Below are positions 18,592 through 29,439 of a stretch of DNA of 64,000 bases, one piece after another; position 1 is the stretch's first letter, and the number at the start of each line of letters is the position of its first letter. The stretch covers positions 32,001 to 96,000 of the forward strand of contig JAQBYT010000001.1 of assembly GCA_027622665.1 (NCBI GenBank), given 5' to 3'. The DNA is from Verrucomicrobiota bacterium. Its GTDB lineage: Bacteria > Verrucomicrobiota > Verrucomicrobiia > Opitutales > Seribacteraceae. The translations under genes were made by a program, and so were the position numbers. The notes beneath the pieces are model-generated. The model had not been told where the DNA came from. It did not search any database and worked only from the letters and a program-made list of their open reading frames with translations.

Positions 18592-21492
18592 ATGAACCCC
18601 CTTGCCACAGCTATGGTGAGCTTGACCCTTATCTGCATCCTCGAGAGTGCGGAACGGGAGCATGTCTTCAGCAAGGAAGACAAGTCTTGGTGGGCGATTC
18701 AGCCAGTAATTGAGCCAGTGGTTCCAACTCATGGAAAGAAATGGGCACGTAACGAAATCGACCGCTTCGTGGCTCGCAAACTCGATCAGGCCAAACTCTC
18801 CCATGCCCAGACGGCCGGGGCTCGCGAACTCGTACGCAGAGTCTATTTCGACCTGCACGGATTGCCTCCGACCCCCAAGCAGGTTGAAGCTTTCCTCTCC
18901 GCCCATGAACAGGATCCCGACGAAGCCTACGAGACGCTCGTGGAAAGCTTGCTCGCCTCATCCCGGTATGGCGAGCGCTGGGCCACCCACTGGCTAGACG
19001 TGGCGCGCTACGCGGACTCCGATGGCTACCGAGCGGACGATTTTCGTCCCGGAGCCTTCCTGTATAGAGATTATGTGATCGATTCACTCAATCATGACAA
19101 ACCGTACGACCAATTCGTTCGCGAGCAACTGGCTGCCGACGAGTTTGCTGCCAACGATCCTAAAATCCTCATTGCCACCGCCTTCCTTCGTCACGGGGTC
19201 TACGAATGGAACCAGCGCGAAGCTCGCATGCAATGGGAAATCATCATGAACGAGATGACAAAGGTGACGGGCGAAGCGTTTCTAGGGCTCGGCATTGGTT
19301 GCGCCCAGTGCCACGACCACAAGTTCGATCCCATTTTGCAAAAGGACTATTACGCTCTGCAAAGCTTTTTTTCCGGTGTCTGGTGGCCCGAAAACCGCAA
19401 GCTGGGATCTTCCGAAGACTTAATGAAATTAAAGATTTGGAAAAGCCAAACCCAAGAGATTCGAGCCAAGCTAGCAAAAATAGAAGGCGATGCTCTCGCA
19501 GGAAAGAAAGCCTTCGCGGTGGGCCAGTTTCCGGAGGACATCAAGGCGATGTACAACAAGCCCGCCGCGGAGAGGACGCCCTACGAGGAGCAACTTGCCC
19601 AAATGGTTGAGCGTCAGGTATTCGCTCAGGGCCGGAAGCAGAACATCGAAAAACTATTGGAAAAGAAGCCTGAGGAGCTGACCCAGTACTTGAAGTTTAA
19701 AAAGCAACTCGATGCTTTCGGCAGCAAAAAGCCTCAATTGCCAGATGCTTTCATCACCACGGACGTCGGACCAAAGGCCGCTCGAACCTTCATGCCATCG
19801 AGCTTGGGCAAAACCGAGGTGAAGCCTGCGTTTCTTTCCCTATTGGAACAACCCGTCCCGAACATCAAGCCCTTGTCAAAAACCTCGGGGCGTCGCAGCG
19901 CCTTGGCCAAATGGATCGCTAACAAGGACAATCCGCTCTCCACCCGGGTCATAGTGAACCGCATATGGCAGCATCACTTCGGACAGGGCATCGTGCCTAC
20001 GCCCAATGATTTCGGCACATTGGGTGAACCGCCTAGCCACCCTGAACTGCTGGATTGGTTAACGATGCGTTTTGTGGAAAAAGGTTGGCGAATGAAGGCC
20101 TTGCACAAGCTCATCATGACCAGCGCAACCTACCGCCAGACCACCCGTCACGAACCCGGGGAAAGAGAGAAACTCACTGATCCCGGCAATCGCCTCCTGT
20201 GGCGTTTTTCGCCACGGCGGCTCTCCGCGGAACAGACGCGCGACGGCATGCTGGTCGTTTCAGGCGAACTGCGGGAGAAAAAAGGTGGTTCGCCCGAGAA
20301 TGCCGACAAGCTCGTTCGCAGCGTATACCTAAAGAAAATGCGGAACTCGCCCGACAAAGTACTGCAAAGTTTCGACGCTCCCTCCGGTTTCGACTCAGCT
20401 CCCACTCGCCTCCAAACGACCACCCCTACACAATCGCTTTTGCTGGCAAACGCAGATTGGCCGCGGAATAGAGCTAAATCTTTTGCCGCCAAGTTGCTTG
20501 GCAACAACAAAACGGTCAGTCAAAAGCTCGTTGAGCGAGGCTATCTTGGTGCATACGCTCGACCGCCAACCGAGGGTGAACGGCGCACGGCGCTCGATTT
20601 CCTCAAAGCCCAGAAAGTGGCTGCCAAAATATCCACTCCACAAAAAGTCGACAAGTTTCCCGATGAAAACGGGCTACGTCCCATTGCCCGGGCGTTTGGG
20701 AACGTGAAAGGATTCGACTTGGGCGAACGCGCCCTGTGGTTGCAACCTGGCAGTCGCTTCGAACAGCTTGAAGTGGAGGATCCCGAACTGGACCTCGACG
20801 CCTTTACCATAGAGGTCGTAGCCAGCTTGGATAATCTACACCCTGACGCCAGTGTGAACACCTTGGTCTCCAACTGGAACGGCAACCAGCAAACTCCCGG
20901 CTGGACCTTCGGCGTGACCAGCGTCAAGTCCGCCTACCAACCCCGCAACTTCATTCTCCAGTTGGTCGGCGAAAACGTGGGGGGCGACGTCGTCTATGAA
21001 GTGGTTGCCTCCAACCTGCGCATTCCCACCGGCAAGCCCGTTTATCTAGCCGCAACCGTCGCCGCCAATGGGAAGGGGGAAGGCAAGGCAACCTTCCATT
21101 TCAAAGACCTTTCCGATCCCTATGCAAAACTGCAGTCCGCAGAAGTCGATCACGGCATAGCAAGACGCATCCAGACTCCTGATGTTCGTCTGCTTATCGG
21201 TGGTCGGGATCAGAGCGGACACCTCTGGGACGGCCAACTCGCTCGTCTTGTAATATCGTCCGGAGTCTTGGTGCGTGACCAGTTGTTAATCTCCGCTCCC
21301 AAAAGTCCGCCGAGCAGGCTTATAGACTGGAGTTTCAAAGGACAAGACGGCGAACGCCCCGTTCCGAACACGGCTTGGATTCGTCGCGAGAAACCTAAGT
21401 CATCCAGTGCCCCCCCCTTCAGCACCCTTGCCGCCGTGACGGACTTCTGCCACGCGTTGCTGACCTCCAACGAGTTTCTTTATCTTCATTGA
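18592..21492 (+). CDS. DUF1549/DUF1553 protein with C-terminal LamG/ConA-like insertion
   Basis: WWAIQP, NEIDRFV, DLHGLPPT, YGERWATHWLDVARYADSDG, CAQCHDHKFDP, NRIWQHHFGQG; FTIEVVA...LLIGG...WDGQLARL LamG-like; SNEFLYLH. Confidence 0.92.
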   Translation: MNPLATAMVSLTLICILESAEREHVFSKEDKSWWAIQPVIEPVVPTHGKKWARNEIDRFVARKLDQAKLSHAQTAGARELVRRVYFDLHGLPPTPKQVEAFLSAHEQDPDEAYETLVESLLASSRYGERWATHWLDVARYADSDGYRADDFRPGAFLYRDYVIDSLNHDKPYDQFVREQLAADEFAANDPKILIATAFLRHGVYEWNQREARMQWEIIMNEMTKVTGEAFLGLGIGCAQCHDHKFDPILQKDYYALQSFFSGVWWPENRKLGSSEDLMKLKIWKSQTQEIRAKLAKIEGDALAGKKAFAVGQFPEDIKAMYNKPAAERTPYEEQLAQMVERQVFAQGRKQNIEKLLEKKPEELTQYLKFKKQLDAFGSKKPQLPDAFITTDVGPKAARTFMPSSLGKTEVKPAFLSLLEQPVPNIKPLSKTSGRRSALAKWIANKDNPLSTRVIVNRIWQHHFGQGIVPTPNDFGTLGEPPSHPELLDWLTMRFVEKGWRMKALHKLIMTSATYRQTTRHEPGEREKLTDPGNRLLWRFSPRRLSAEQTRDGMLVVSGELREKKGGSPENADKLVRSVYLKKMRNSPDKVLQSFDAPSGFDSAPTRLQTTTPTQSLLLANADWPRNRAKSFAAKLLGNNKTVSQKLVERGYLGAYARPPTEGERRTALDFLKAQKVAAKISTPQKVDKFPDENGLRPIARAFGNVKGFDLGERALWLQPGSRFEQLEVEDPELDLDAFTIEVVASLDNLHPDASVNTLVSNWNGNQQTPGWTFGVTSVKSAYQPRNFILQLVGENVGGDVVYEVVASNLRIPTGKPVYLAATVAANGKGEGKATFHFKDLSDPYAKLQSAEVDHGIARRIQTPDVRLLIGGRDQSGHLWDGQLARLVISSGVLVRDQLLISAPKSPPSRLIDWSFKGQDGERPVPNTAWIRREKPKSSSAPPFSTLAAVTDFCHALLTSNEFLYLH

Positions 21493-21495
21493 GCC

Positions 21496-22917
21496 ATGGC
21501 TTGCAACCGCATAACACTACCTGCCTCGCGTCGCGATTTCCTTCTTTCGGCAGGATCCGGCTTCGGTGCCGTGGCTCTCTCCGCCTTGACTGGCGAACGC
21601 GCCTTGGCCGCGACCTCGGACAATCCGGCTGCCGCCAAGATACCGCATGCCCTTGGACGAGCCAAGAACGTCATCTTTCTCTTCATGGAAGGCGGTCCGA
21701 GTCACCTCGATCTCTTCGACCCCAAGCCCTTGCTCCAGAAACTGGCGGGACAAAGCCTCCCGGACAGCTTCGAACGCCCCGTAACCGCCATGGGCGAAGT
21801 GAATTCGCCCCTGCTCGCGTCCAAGCGCAAATGGAAGCAACATGGTGCAAGCGGCCTTTGGATTTCCGACTGGCTCCCGAACCACGCCCGCATCGCCGAC
21901 GAACTTTGTGTAATTCGATCCTGCGTTTCGGACGGAATCAACCATGCCGGCGGCGTCTGCCAAATGAACACGGGCTTGGTCTTTGGCGGCAGACCCTCGC
22001 TGGGAGCTTGGGTATCCTACGGCTTGGGCACGGAAAACGAAAGTTTGCCGGGCTTCGTGGTGATCAAGGATACCAAGGCGATGGTCGTCAACGGTGCCCG
22101 ATGCTGGGGTTCGGGCTTCATTCCCGCCAGTTTTCAAGGCACCTTGCTGGAACCGGGCGACGAACCGATCTCTTACCTGAACGCCCCAAAGGACATGTCT
22201 CTGGACAGGCAGCGAAACAAACTTGCTTTTCTGCAAGGCCTCAATCGACGCCACCAAAAGAATCGTGCATCCAACACTGATCTCGAGGCCCGCATACGCA
22301 GCTACGAACTAGCGGCTCGCATGCAAGCGGAAGCCCCCGAGGCAGTCGATCTGTCCAAGGAAAGTCAAGCGATCCAAAACCTTTACGGACTAGACCAAGA
22401 TGAAACCAAAACCTTTGGTCGCCAGTGCCTGATGGCCAGGCGCCTAGTCGAACGAGGAGTGCGTTTCGTCCAGCTTTACCATGGAGCCGGCAGCAAATGG
22501 GACAGCCACTCGGGCATGGAAAAAAATCACTCCAAATTATGCACTTCGATCGATCAGCCGATCGTCGGCTTGATCACCGACCTGAAGGCGAGAGGGCTAC
22601 TCGACGAGACGCTTGTCATCTGGGGCGGAGAGTTCGGGCGCACACCGATGAGCGAGAAAGGCGATGGCCGCGACCACAACCCTACTGGTTTTACCATGTG
22701 GATGGCGGGCGGCGGAGTGAAAAAAGGCCAGGCGGTTGGAGCAACAGACGAACTCGGGCTCTTTGCAGTGAAGGACAAATTGCACGTTCGCGATCTGCAC
22801 GCCACCATTCTCGGATTGCTTGGCCTTGATCACACAAAGGTGGTCTACATGCACAAGGGACGTCCCGAGCGAGTGGACCTCAACGAAGGACATGTATCGC
22901 CAAAAATCATTGGCTAG
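21496..22917 (+). CDS. DUF1501 family protein, Tat signal
   Basis: SRRDFLL; AKNVIFLFMEGGPSHLDLFDPKP; GEFGRTP; GRDH. Confidence 0.92.
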   Translation: MACNRITLPASRRDFLLSAGSGFGAVALSALTGERALAATSDNPAAAKIPHALGRAKNVIFLFMEGGPSHLDLFDPKPLLQKLAGQSLPDSFERPVTAMGEVNSPLLASKRKWKQHGASGLWISDWLPNHARIADELCVIRSCVSDGINHAGGVCQMNTGLVFGGRPSLGAWVSYGLGTENESLPGFVVIKDTKAMVVNGARCWGSGFIPASFQGTLLEPGDEPISYLNAPKDMSLDRQRNKLAFLQGLNRRHQKNRASNTDLEARIRSYELAARMQAEAPEAVDLSKESQAIQNLYGLDQDETKTFGRQCLMARRLVERGVRFVQLYHGAGSKWDSHSGMEKNHSKLCTSIDQPIVGLITDLKARGLLDETLVIWGGEFGRTPMSEKGDGRDHNPTGFTMWMAGGGVKKGQAVGATDELGLFAVKDKLHVRDLHATILGLLGLDHTKVVYMHKGRPERVDLNEGHVSPKIIG

Positions 22918-22936
22918 CCAATAACTCCATTACCCT

Positions 22937-23206
22937 TTGCAGGTCATGAAGAATTACACCGGTTCGGTTTTTGCTTTGCTGGTTGCTCTTGTCCTCATAA
23001 TAGATGACCGCGAATTGGAAATGCTGGGACGATATGAGGAAAATGCCTACCTATGGCGGATGATGAAAGTGGCCAAGCACAAGTCAACCGAACTGTATGA
23101 GCTTCAGGGATTCGACCACGGCGGCATGGCAGCGCCCGCTCACGGAATTTTGCTCAAGCACATCAACAGCAAGGCTAAATTGAAAAGAAATTCTACGGAG
23201 AAGTGA
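22937..23206 (+). pseudogene. C-terminal relic of an alpha/beta-hydrolase (esterase/lipase)
   Basis: DRELEMLGRYEENAYLWRMMK...LYELQGFDHGGM resembles an esterase C-terminus with catalytic His; no GxSxG-bearing N-terminus. Confidence 0.55.
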
Positions 23207-23270
23207 AGAAAAGAGGATTTTCCTGCCGCCAAGAATACGATGTTATGTTCTTTGGCCTCTTAGAACAAAA

Positions 23271-24098
23271 CTAGAGATTGTAAGCTTTCATGGCGGTTCC
23301 GCCCCAAACCGCAGATTGTTCGTCATCTGAAAGTTGAGATAGGAATTCGGCGACAATTGAAACCCATCGTTGGTAATCAATCGCAAGTTTGGCTACAGGC
23401 CAATCGGAACCAAACATCATACGATTCGGACCAAAGGCTTCGAGAGCAACCTCCGCAAAACGAAACAGTTGCTCTTCCGTCCAGTTTGCCCAAGCGGCCT
23501 CCGTAGCCATACCGGAAAGTTTGCAGTAGACATTGGGTCGTTCAGCCATTTCCCGCATAAGTTCGGCCCATGGTTCCATGGAGTCGTCGCGAATCCGAGG
23601 CTTGGCAACATGGTCTAGCACAAAGACAAGGTCGGGATGCCTATCCACGAACTCAATGGAAGCGGCAAGCTGACGTTCATAGATTAGGATGTCGTAGACG
23701 AGATTAAAATCCTTGAGGAGAGCAACACCTCCGCCAAAAGCTTCCCCGAGTATAAAACGATCATCGGGTTCGTCTTGGACGATATGGCGAATGCCCTTAA
23801 GATAAGGGTTTGCGGCATAGCCGCAGAGTATATCGGAAATATTCTCATCTGCTAGCGGAAACCAGCCCACGACGCCCTTGATGAAATCGTGTTCGGCAGC
23901 GTACCCTAGCAACGCATCCGTCTCCGCCAACGTTTGCCTTGCTTGAACCGATACAACGGCATCGATGCCAGCTTGTTCAATTTCTTGCTTTATGTCTGTA
24001 GGCAAATGATCTTCCTTTAAAACGCCCATTTCCTCGTTCATCCAAGGATACTCGACAGGATCATATTTCCAAAAGTGATGGTGTGAATCGATTTTCAT
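23271..24098 (-). CDS. Amidohydrolase-2 family, sugar lactonase (L-fuconolactonase-like)
   Basis: MKIDSHHHFW, VQARQ, KGIRH, VLDHVAKP, CKLSG, MFGSDWPV. Confidence 0.88.
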   Translation of the reverse strand: MKIDSHHHFWKYDPVEYPWMNEEMGVLKEDHLPTDIKQEIEQAGIDAVVSVQARQTLAETDALLGYAAEHDFIKGVVGWFPLADENISDILCGYAANPYLKGIRHIVQDEPDDRFILGEAFGGGVALLKDFNLVYDILIYERQLAASIEFVDRHPDLVFVLDHVAKPRIRDDSMEPWAELMREMAERPNVYCKLSGMATEAAWANWTEEQLFRFAEVALEAFGPNRMMFGSDWPVAKLAIDYQRWVSIVAEFLSQLSDDEQSAVWGGTAMKAYNL

Positions 24099-24123
24099 GA
24101 CGGTCCTTTCAATCGCGTAGCGT

Positions 24124-25167
24124 TTACTTTCCTTTTCCTCTTGATCGCATCTCGGCGAGCAAGCGTGGCCACCCAAGTCGTGAAAGCTTTTCCGCCATTT
24201 TTCGATAGCCTTCACCATAGGTCGGACTGCTGCTTTTTTGCATGTTGTCCAAGAGGATCGAAGATAATTTATTCGTTTCTATTTTGAGCAAATTGGATGC
24301 CCCCAGATTACAAAAGCCCTCGACGACGTCGGGGGGAGCCTCAACAAAAAGTTCATTAAGCCAAACATGCATGTGCTCATGGGCAAGGACAGCCTCACAT
24401 TCGGTGTGAGGGAGACCATACAGAACCAGAATGCGATGTTCGAAAGTAGTATTGGACACATTGCCTTTTGTTACGGTACGGAACTTTGTGAGAGTGAGAC
24501 CCTTTAGTTTACCACTAGCACGGATGCGTTTCGCTTCTTCATCCAAAGTGGGCTTATCTACGAGAACTAGCGTGATCTTTCCCTCGGGTTTTACAATTCC
24601 GATTTGGCTCAATGCTTTCTTTACCCGTTCGTTTACCAAACCGAGGGCTTTCTCCTCGAGCACGGCATTGGTTAAACAGGTCAAGCAAGCAAAGCGGTTT
24701 GAATCAAGAATTTGCTCCCTTTTAGCTTCCCGTTTTGCAAACATGCGTCCGCATGAACCACAGCTAGCGACAAAAGAGAAATGATCGACATGCGCGAGCA
24801 TGCCCCATTGGTCGCGGCGAAACTCATCACCTCCCTTGAAAACCTTCTTGCATACAAGACACCGGAAACAGGCGGTATGGTAGGTTTTGCCTCCAGCTTC
24901 CATCGTACGAGTCCCGAGAGTTTTTGAACACAATTCGCAACGAGGCTGGCTTTGCCATTCCCGAGCATAGGCCTGATCCCCATCAATAAATCGGGAAAGA
25001 GAAAATCGATACTCACGGTTGGAAATGCGAAGACCGATTTGATCGCCTTCTATTTCAAAAATTTCGCCCTGCGCTTTTCGACCGTCAGTCGTGGTCCAAG
25101 TTCTCAATTCGGCCGATGCAACATAGGGCAAGGCTCCAATAATAAATCCAAGTAGGAGTCGAAGCAT
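24124..25167 (-). CDS. Secreted SHD1 + LIM zinc finger + DA1-type (DUF3633) metallopeptidase
   Basis: Signal peptide; SHD1 RTWTTTDGR...FIDGDQAY; Cx2Cx16Hx2Cx2Cx2Cx19Hx2H; CxxC...CxxC; ILVLYGLP, AHEHMHVW, VVEGFCN, SPTYGEGYR; alternative TTG start 25182. Confidence 0.82.
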   Translation of the reverse strand: MLRLLLGFIIGALPYVASAELRTWTTTDGRKAQGEIFEIEGDQIGLRISNREYRFSLSRFIDGDQAYAREWQSQPRCELCSKTLGTRTMEAGGKTYHTACFRCLVCKKVFKGGDEFRRDQWGMLAHVDHFSFVASCGSCGRMFAKREAKREQILDSNRFACLTCLTNAVLEEKALGLVNERVKKALSQIGIVKPEGKITLVLVDKPTLDEEAKRIRASGKLKGLTLTKFRTVTKGNVSNTTFEHRILVLYGLPHTECEAVLAHEHMHVWLNELFVEAPPDVVEGFCNLGASNLLKIETNKLSSILLDNMQKSSSPTYGEGYRKMAEKLSRLGWPRLLAEMRSRGKGK

Positions 25168-25188
25168 CGAGTCGGAAGCCAAGCAACT

Positions 25189-26598
25189 TCAGTCCAAAAG
25201 GTTTTCCCAGTGGGCAATTCGAGTGGCAATTTGCGTTGGTCCAGGCATCCCCGGTTTTTCCCGACGTGCAAAAGCTCGGTCGAGATCAAAGACTTCTCGC
25301 CAGTCGTCGTCGAGAGCAGCGCATGCAGGATGAGCTCCCTTGGCTTGTTCGTCGGTAAGGTCGGGCAAGGCTACGCCCACCCTCTCCGCTTCGGCAACTA
25401 CGCCACCGACGGCATGATGAGCATCACGAAAGGGTACACCTCGCTCAACGAGATAATCAGCCAAATCGGTAGCCAAAAGCATGGGATCTGAAGCGACTTC
25501 TCGACAACGGTCGGCATTAATTTCCATTCCATCGATGGTGGCCGCGAGGACGGCTAGACCAATGCCGAGCTGGTCGAATGAATCGAACACGGGGGGCTTG
25601 TCTTCCTGAAGGTCTCGATTGTAAGTAAGCGGCAGACCCTTGATCGTAACGTAGAGATTTTGCAAGTTGCCGACAAGACGCCCCGTCTTTCCTCGCAGTA
25701 ATTCGAGAGAATCCGGATTTTTCTTCTGTGGCATGAGAGATGATCCCGTGGTAAAACTATCGGGCAAAACCACGAACCCGAACTCGCTGGAATTCCACAG
25801 AATGAAATCCTCCGCCAATCGAGATATATGTAGTCCGCAGGTAGCGCATGCACTGGCAAACTCTACGAAGATGTCGCGATCGGCTACCGCATCCATTCCA
25901 TTCGCCGTCAAGCGAGGCTCGCCTTGGTCGTCCACGAAACCAAGTTCGGTGGCAACGAAGTAACGGTCGATCGGCAAAGTGGAACCCGCTATAGCTCCTG
26001 ACCCGAGCGGGCAGACATTGGCATGATCGGCCACTTCGAAGAACCGCATGCGATCTCTGGCAAAAGCCTCTACATGGGCAAGTAGATGATGCCCAACGGT
26101 AACGGGTTGGGCACGCTGAAGGTGGGTATATCCGGCGATCGGAACAGACGCATTTTGTCGAGCCTGACCAAGAAGGGATTTCATGACAGTCTCGAGAGCT
26201 TCACCCAACTTGCCGCAGGCGTCTTTAAAGAAAAGGCGCATGTCTGTGGCGATTTGGTCGTTTCGACTCCGACCCGCATGTAACTTGGCGGCGGCAGGAG
26301 TTTTTGCCAGCAAGGCTTGTTCAAGGTTCATGTGAACGTCCTCGTGCTCGGCATCCCATTCAAAAGTCCCTGCCTCAATCTCGGAGAGAATTTCGTCCAA
26401 ACCTTTGTGAATATCCTCGCACTCGTCGGCTGAAAGCAGACCCACCTTCTCCAGCATGGAGGAATGGGCCTTGCTACCGTTCACGTCAAAGGGGGCAAGC
26501 CTCTTGTCAAATGAAACGGACTCTCCAAACCACTTCATTAGTTCAGATGGGCCGTCAGAAAATCTTCCGCCCCATGTTGCTTGTTTGCCGTCGGTCAT
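25189..26598 (-). CDS. argH: Argininosuccinate lyase
   Basis: [47 protein letters not shown]. Confidence 0.97.
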   Translation of the reverse strand: MTDGKQATWGGRFSDGPSELMKWFGESVSFDKRLAPFDVNGSKAHSSMLEKVGLLSADECEDIHKGLDEILSEIEAGTFEWDAEHEDVHMNLEQALLAKTPAAAKLHAGRSRNDQIATDMRLFFKDACGKLGEALETVMKSLLGQARQNASVPIAGYTHLQRAQPVTVGHHLLAHVEAFARDRMRFFEVADHANVCPLGSGAIAGSTLPIDRYFVATELGFVDDQGEPRLTANGMDAVADRDIFVEFASACATCGLHISRLAEDFILWNSSEFGFVVLPDSFTTGSSLMPQKKNPDSLELLRGKTGRLVGNLQNLYVTIKGLPLTYNRDLQEDKPPVFDSFDQLGIGLAVLAATIDGMEINADRCREVASDPMLLATDLADYLVERGVPFRDAHHAVGGVVAEAERVGVALPDLTDEQAKGAHPACAALDDDWREVFDLDRAFARREKPGMPGPTQIATRIAHWENLLD

Positions 26599-26758
26599 AT
26601 GAACCCAATTTTTCAAACCTCCCGAATTGCCGCAACGTTATTTCGATGTAAAAAATGGGGAAAGTTCCGACTGTGTTTCAAGAGCAACTAGCAACGAGCA
26701 CTCTTACCGAAGGAAATCCCCAATCAAGAAGGCGAAAGATCTCCCACAGGACAAGGAC

Positions 26759-27511
26759 TCAGGACAATATCTTTTTTACCGATGCCACCGAATAGTCACG
26801 ATTCAGCTTCGCAATAAAATCCAAGGATATGTCTTTCGGACAAGCAGCTGAACATTCACCATAATTTCGGCAATTGCCAAAACCGGCTTCGTCCATGGTG
26901 GCGACCATGTTGAGCACGCGTTGGTCCTTTTCGGCCTGACCTTGCGGCAGCAGGTTAAGGTGACCGGCCTTGGCGGCAGTAAACAGCATAGCCGAGGCAT
27001 TCTTGCATGCGGCGACACAAGCACCGCAACCGATACAGGCAGCGGCGTCCATCGCCCGATCCGCGTCTTGCTTTGCTATGGGGATTGCATTGCCGTCCGG
27101 GGCGCTACCAGTGCGGACGGAAACATATCCACCGGCTTGAATGATCTTGTCGAAGGCGGAACGATCCACGACAAGATCGCGAATGACCGGAAAGGCCTTA
27201 GCCCGAAAAGGCTCGATGGTGATTGTTTCGCCATCGTTAAACTTCCTCATATGGAGTTGGCAGGTGGTAGTAGAATCTTCAGGCCCATGAGGCAATCCGT
27301 TGATCGTCAGAGAACAAGTGCCGCAAATCCCTTCCCGACAGTCGTGATCAAAAGAAACGGGTTCTTTTCCGTTTTCCAGAAGCTGTTCGTTAAGGAGATC
27401 GAGCATCTCGAGGAAAGAGCAATCCTCGGACACCCCATCCAGATCGTGCATTTCAAATTGTCCGGAATCCTCGGGTCCGGCCTGTCGCCAAATCTTCAGC
27501 TTCAATTTCAT
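26759..27511 (-). CDS. sdhB: Succinate dehydrogenase/fumarate reductase Fe-S subunit
   Basis: [35 protein letters not shown]. Confidence 0.96.
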   Translation of the reverse strand: MKLKLKIWRQAGPEDSGQFEMHDLDGVSEDCSFLEMLDLLNEQLLENGKEPVSFDHDCREGICGTCSLTINGLPHGPEDSTTTCQLHMRKFNDGETITIEPFRAKAFPVIRDLVVDRSAFDKIIQAGGYVSVRTGSAPDGNAIPIAKQDADRAMDAAACIGCGACVAACKNASAMLFTAAKAGHLNLLPQGQAEKDQRVLNMVATMDEAGFGNCRNYGECSAACPKDISLDFIAKLNRDYSVASVKKILS

Positions 27512-27522
27512 CCGTACAATCC

Positions 27523-29439
27523 TTACTTGTAACTGCGCACGGCAAGTTTCACATTTTCAAAATGAAGATCCTCTTTGTGCCTGGTGGGCTCGCTGCCCTG
27601 ACCGTTGTGCTCCCAAACGGCAGCATGTGAAAAGTTCTCATCATCGCGTACTGCTTCGCCCTCTGCGGTTTGATGCTCCTCACGGAAGTGCCCCCCACAT
27701 GACTCGTCTCTTTCAAGAGCGTCTCGGCACAGCAGTTCACCGAAATCGAGAAAATCCTCCGTTCTGGAAGCCCTCTCAAGTTCAGCATTCAAGTGTTCCC
27801 CTTTACCGGGAACGATAAGGTTTTGAGAAAAATCTTCTTTAAGGTCTTGAATCAGTCCAATGGCTTTTTGTAGACCTGACGCATTACGAGCCATGCCCGC
27901 AAATTCCCACATGATATGCCCTAGTTCCTTGTGGTAGGAACGAGAAGAGCGTTTGCCCCCAGAAGAAAGGTAACCCGAGACACGCTCACGAACCTGATCA
28001 ATGGCTTCCTTGAATATCGGTCCATCGGGATCGGGGGCGCCGGCACCTTCTTCGGCAAGATAATTAGCCACCGTGTAGGGGATGACGAAATAACCGTCGC
28101 TCAGTCCTTGCATCAATGCGCTGGCTCCAAGACGGTTCGCTCCATGATCAGAAAAGTTTGCTTCTCCTAGTACAAAACACCCTGGGAGCGTACTCATGAG
28201 GTTGTAGTCCACCCAAAGACCTCCCATCGTGTAGTGGATGGCAGGATAAATGCGCATCGGACGCGAGTAGGCGTTCTCACCCGTGATGCGTTCGTACATC
28301 TGAAACAGGTTTCCATATCGCTCCCGAATCATGCTTTCTCCGAAACGATCGATCGCATCGGAGAAATCCAAGTAGACGCCTCGGGCACCGGGTCCCACTC
28401 CGAGACCATTGTCGCAAGCTTCCTTGGCCGATCGACTGGAAATGTCTCTGGGCGCTAAATTACCAAAACTGGGATATTTGCGTTCGAGATAGTAATCCCG
28501 AGCCTCTTCGGGTATCTGATCGGGCGACTTGTTGCAATCCGCCGGATCTTTCGGAACCCACACCCTTCCATCGTTTCGAAGAGATTCCGACATTAGAGTC
28601 AGCTTGGATTGGTGATCGCCCGAAACAGGTATGCAAGTGGGATGAATCTGAGTATAGCAAGGGTTTGCAAAACCGGCGCCGCGTTTGTAGGCTCGAAAGG
28701 CAGCCGTTACGTTACAGCCCGTGGCATTAGTGGAAAGAAAGTAGGCATTACCATACCCGCCGGTAGCAAGAATGACGGCATCGGCAGACCAAGATTCGAT
28801 GGCTCCGGTAATGAGGTTCCGAGTGATAATTCCCTTGGCATGGCCATTCACCACCACCACGTCGAGCATCTCGTGGCGGTTATGCATTTTCACCTGACCC
28901 GAAGCAATTTGCCGGCTCAGCGAACTGTAGGCGCCAAGCAAGAGTTGTTGCCCAGTCTGACCACGGGCATAGAAGGTTCGACTTACTTGAGCTCCTCCAA
29001 AAGAGCGATTAGCCAAAAGCCCCCCGTACTCGCGGGCAAAGGGAACTCCTTGCGCCACGCATTGGTCGATAATGTTGCCACTTACTTGAGCAAGCCGATA
29101 GACATTGGCTTCCCTTGAACGAAAGTCGCCCCCCTTGACGGTATCGTAAAAAAGTCTGTGTATGCTGTCGCCATCGTTCTGATAGTTCTTGGCGCCATTG
29201 ATTCCACCTTGGGCAGCAATGGAATGAGCCCGCCGCGGACTGTCTTGATAGCAGAAGCAGTTCACATTGTAACCAAGTTCACCCAAGGTGGCGGCAGCGG
29301 ATCCGCCAGCCAATCCCGAACCGACAACGATTATGCGGTACTTTCGCTTGTTTGCGGGATTCACCAGCTTCATCGAAAAGCGATGGTTGTCCCATTTTTC
29401 GGATAAGGTTCCGGCTGGAATTTTGGCATCAAGAATCAT
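27523..29439 (-). CDS. sdhA: Succinate dehydrogenase/fumarate reductase flavoprotein
   Basis: [48 protein letters not shown]. Confidence 0.96.
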   Translation of the reverse strand: MILDAKIPAGTLSEKWDNHRFSMKLVNPANKRKYRIIVVGSGLAGGSAAATLGELGYNVNCFCYQDSPRRAHSIAAQGGINGAKNYQNDGDSIHRLFYDTVKGGDFRSREANVYRLAQVSGNIIDQCVAQGVPFAREYGGLLANRSFGGAQVSRTFYARGQTGQQLLLGAYSSLSRQIASGQVKMHNRHEMLDVVVVNGHAKGIITRNLITGAIESWSADAVILATGGYGNAYFLSTNATGCNVTAAFRAYKRGAGFANPCYTQIHPTCIPVSGDHQSKLTLMSESLRNDGRVWVPKDPADCNKSPDQIPEEARDYYLERKYPSFGNLAPRDISSRSAKEACDNGLGVGPGARGVYLDFSDAIDRFGESMIRERYGNLFQMYERITGENAYSRPMRIYPAIHYTMGGLWVDYNLMSTLPGCFVLGEANFSDHGANRLGASALMQGLSDGYFVIPYTVANYLAEEGAGAPDPDGPIFKEAIDQVRERVSGYLSSGGKRSSRSYHKELGHIMWEFAGMARNASGLQKAIGLIQDLKEDFSQNLIVPGKGEHLNAELERASRTEDFLDFGELLCRDALERDESCGGHFREEHQTAEGEAVRDDENFSHAAVWEHNGQGSEPTRHKEDLHFENVKLAVRSYK

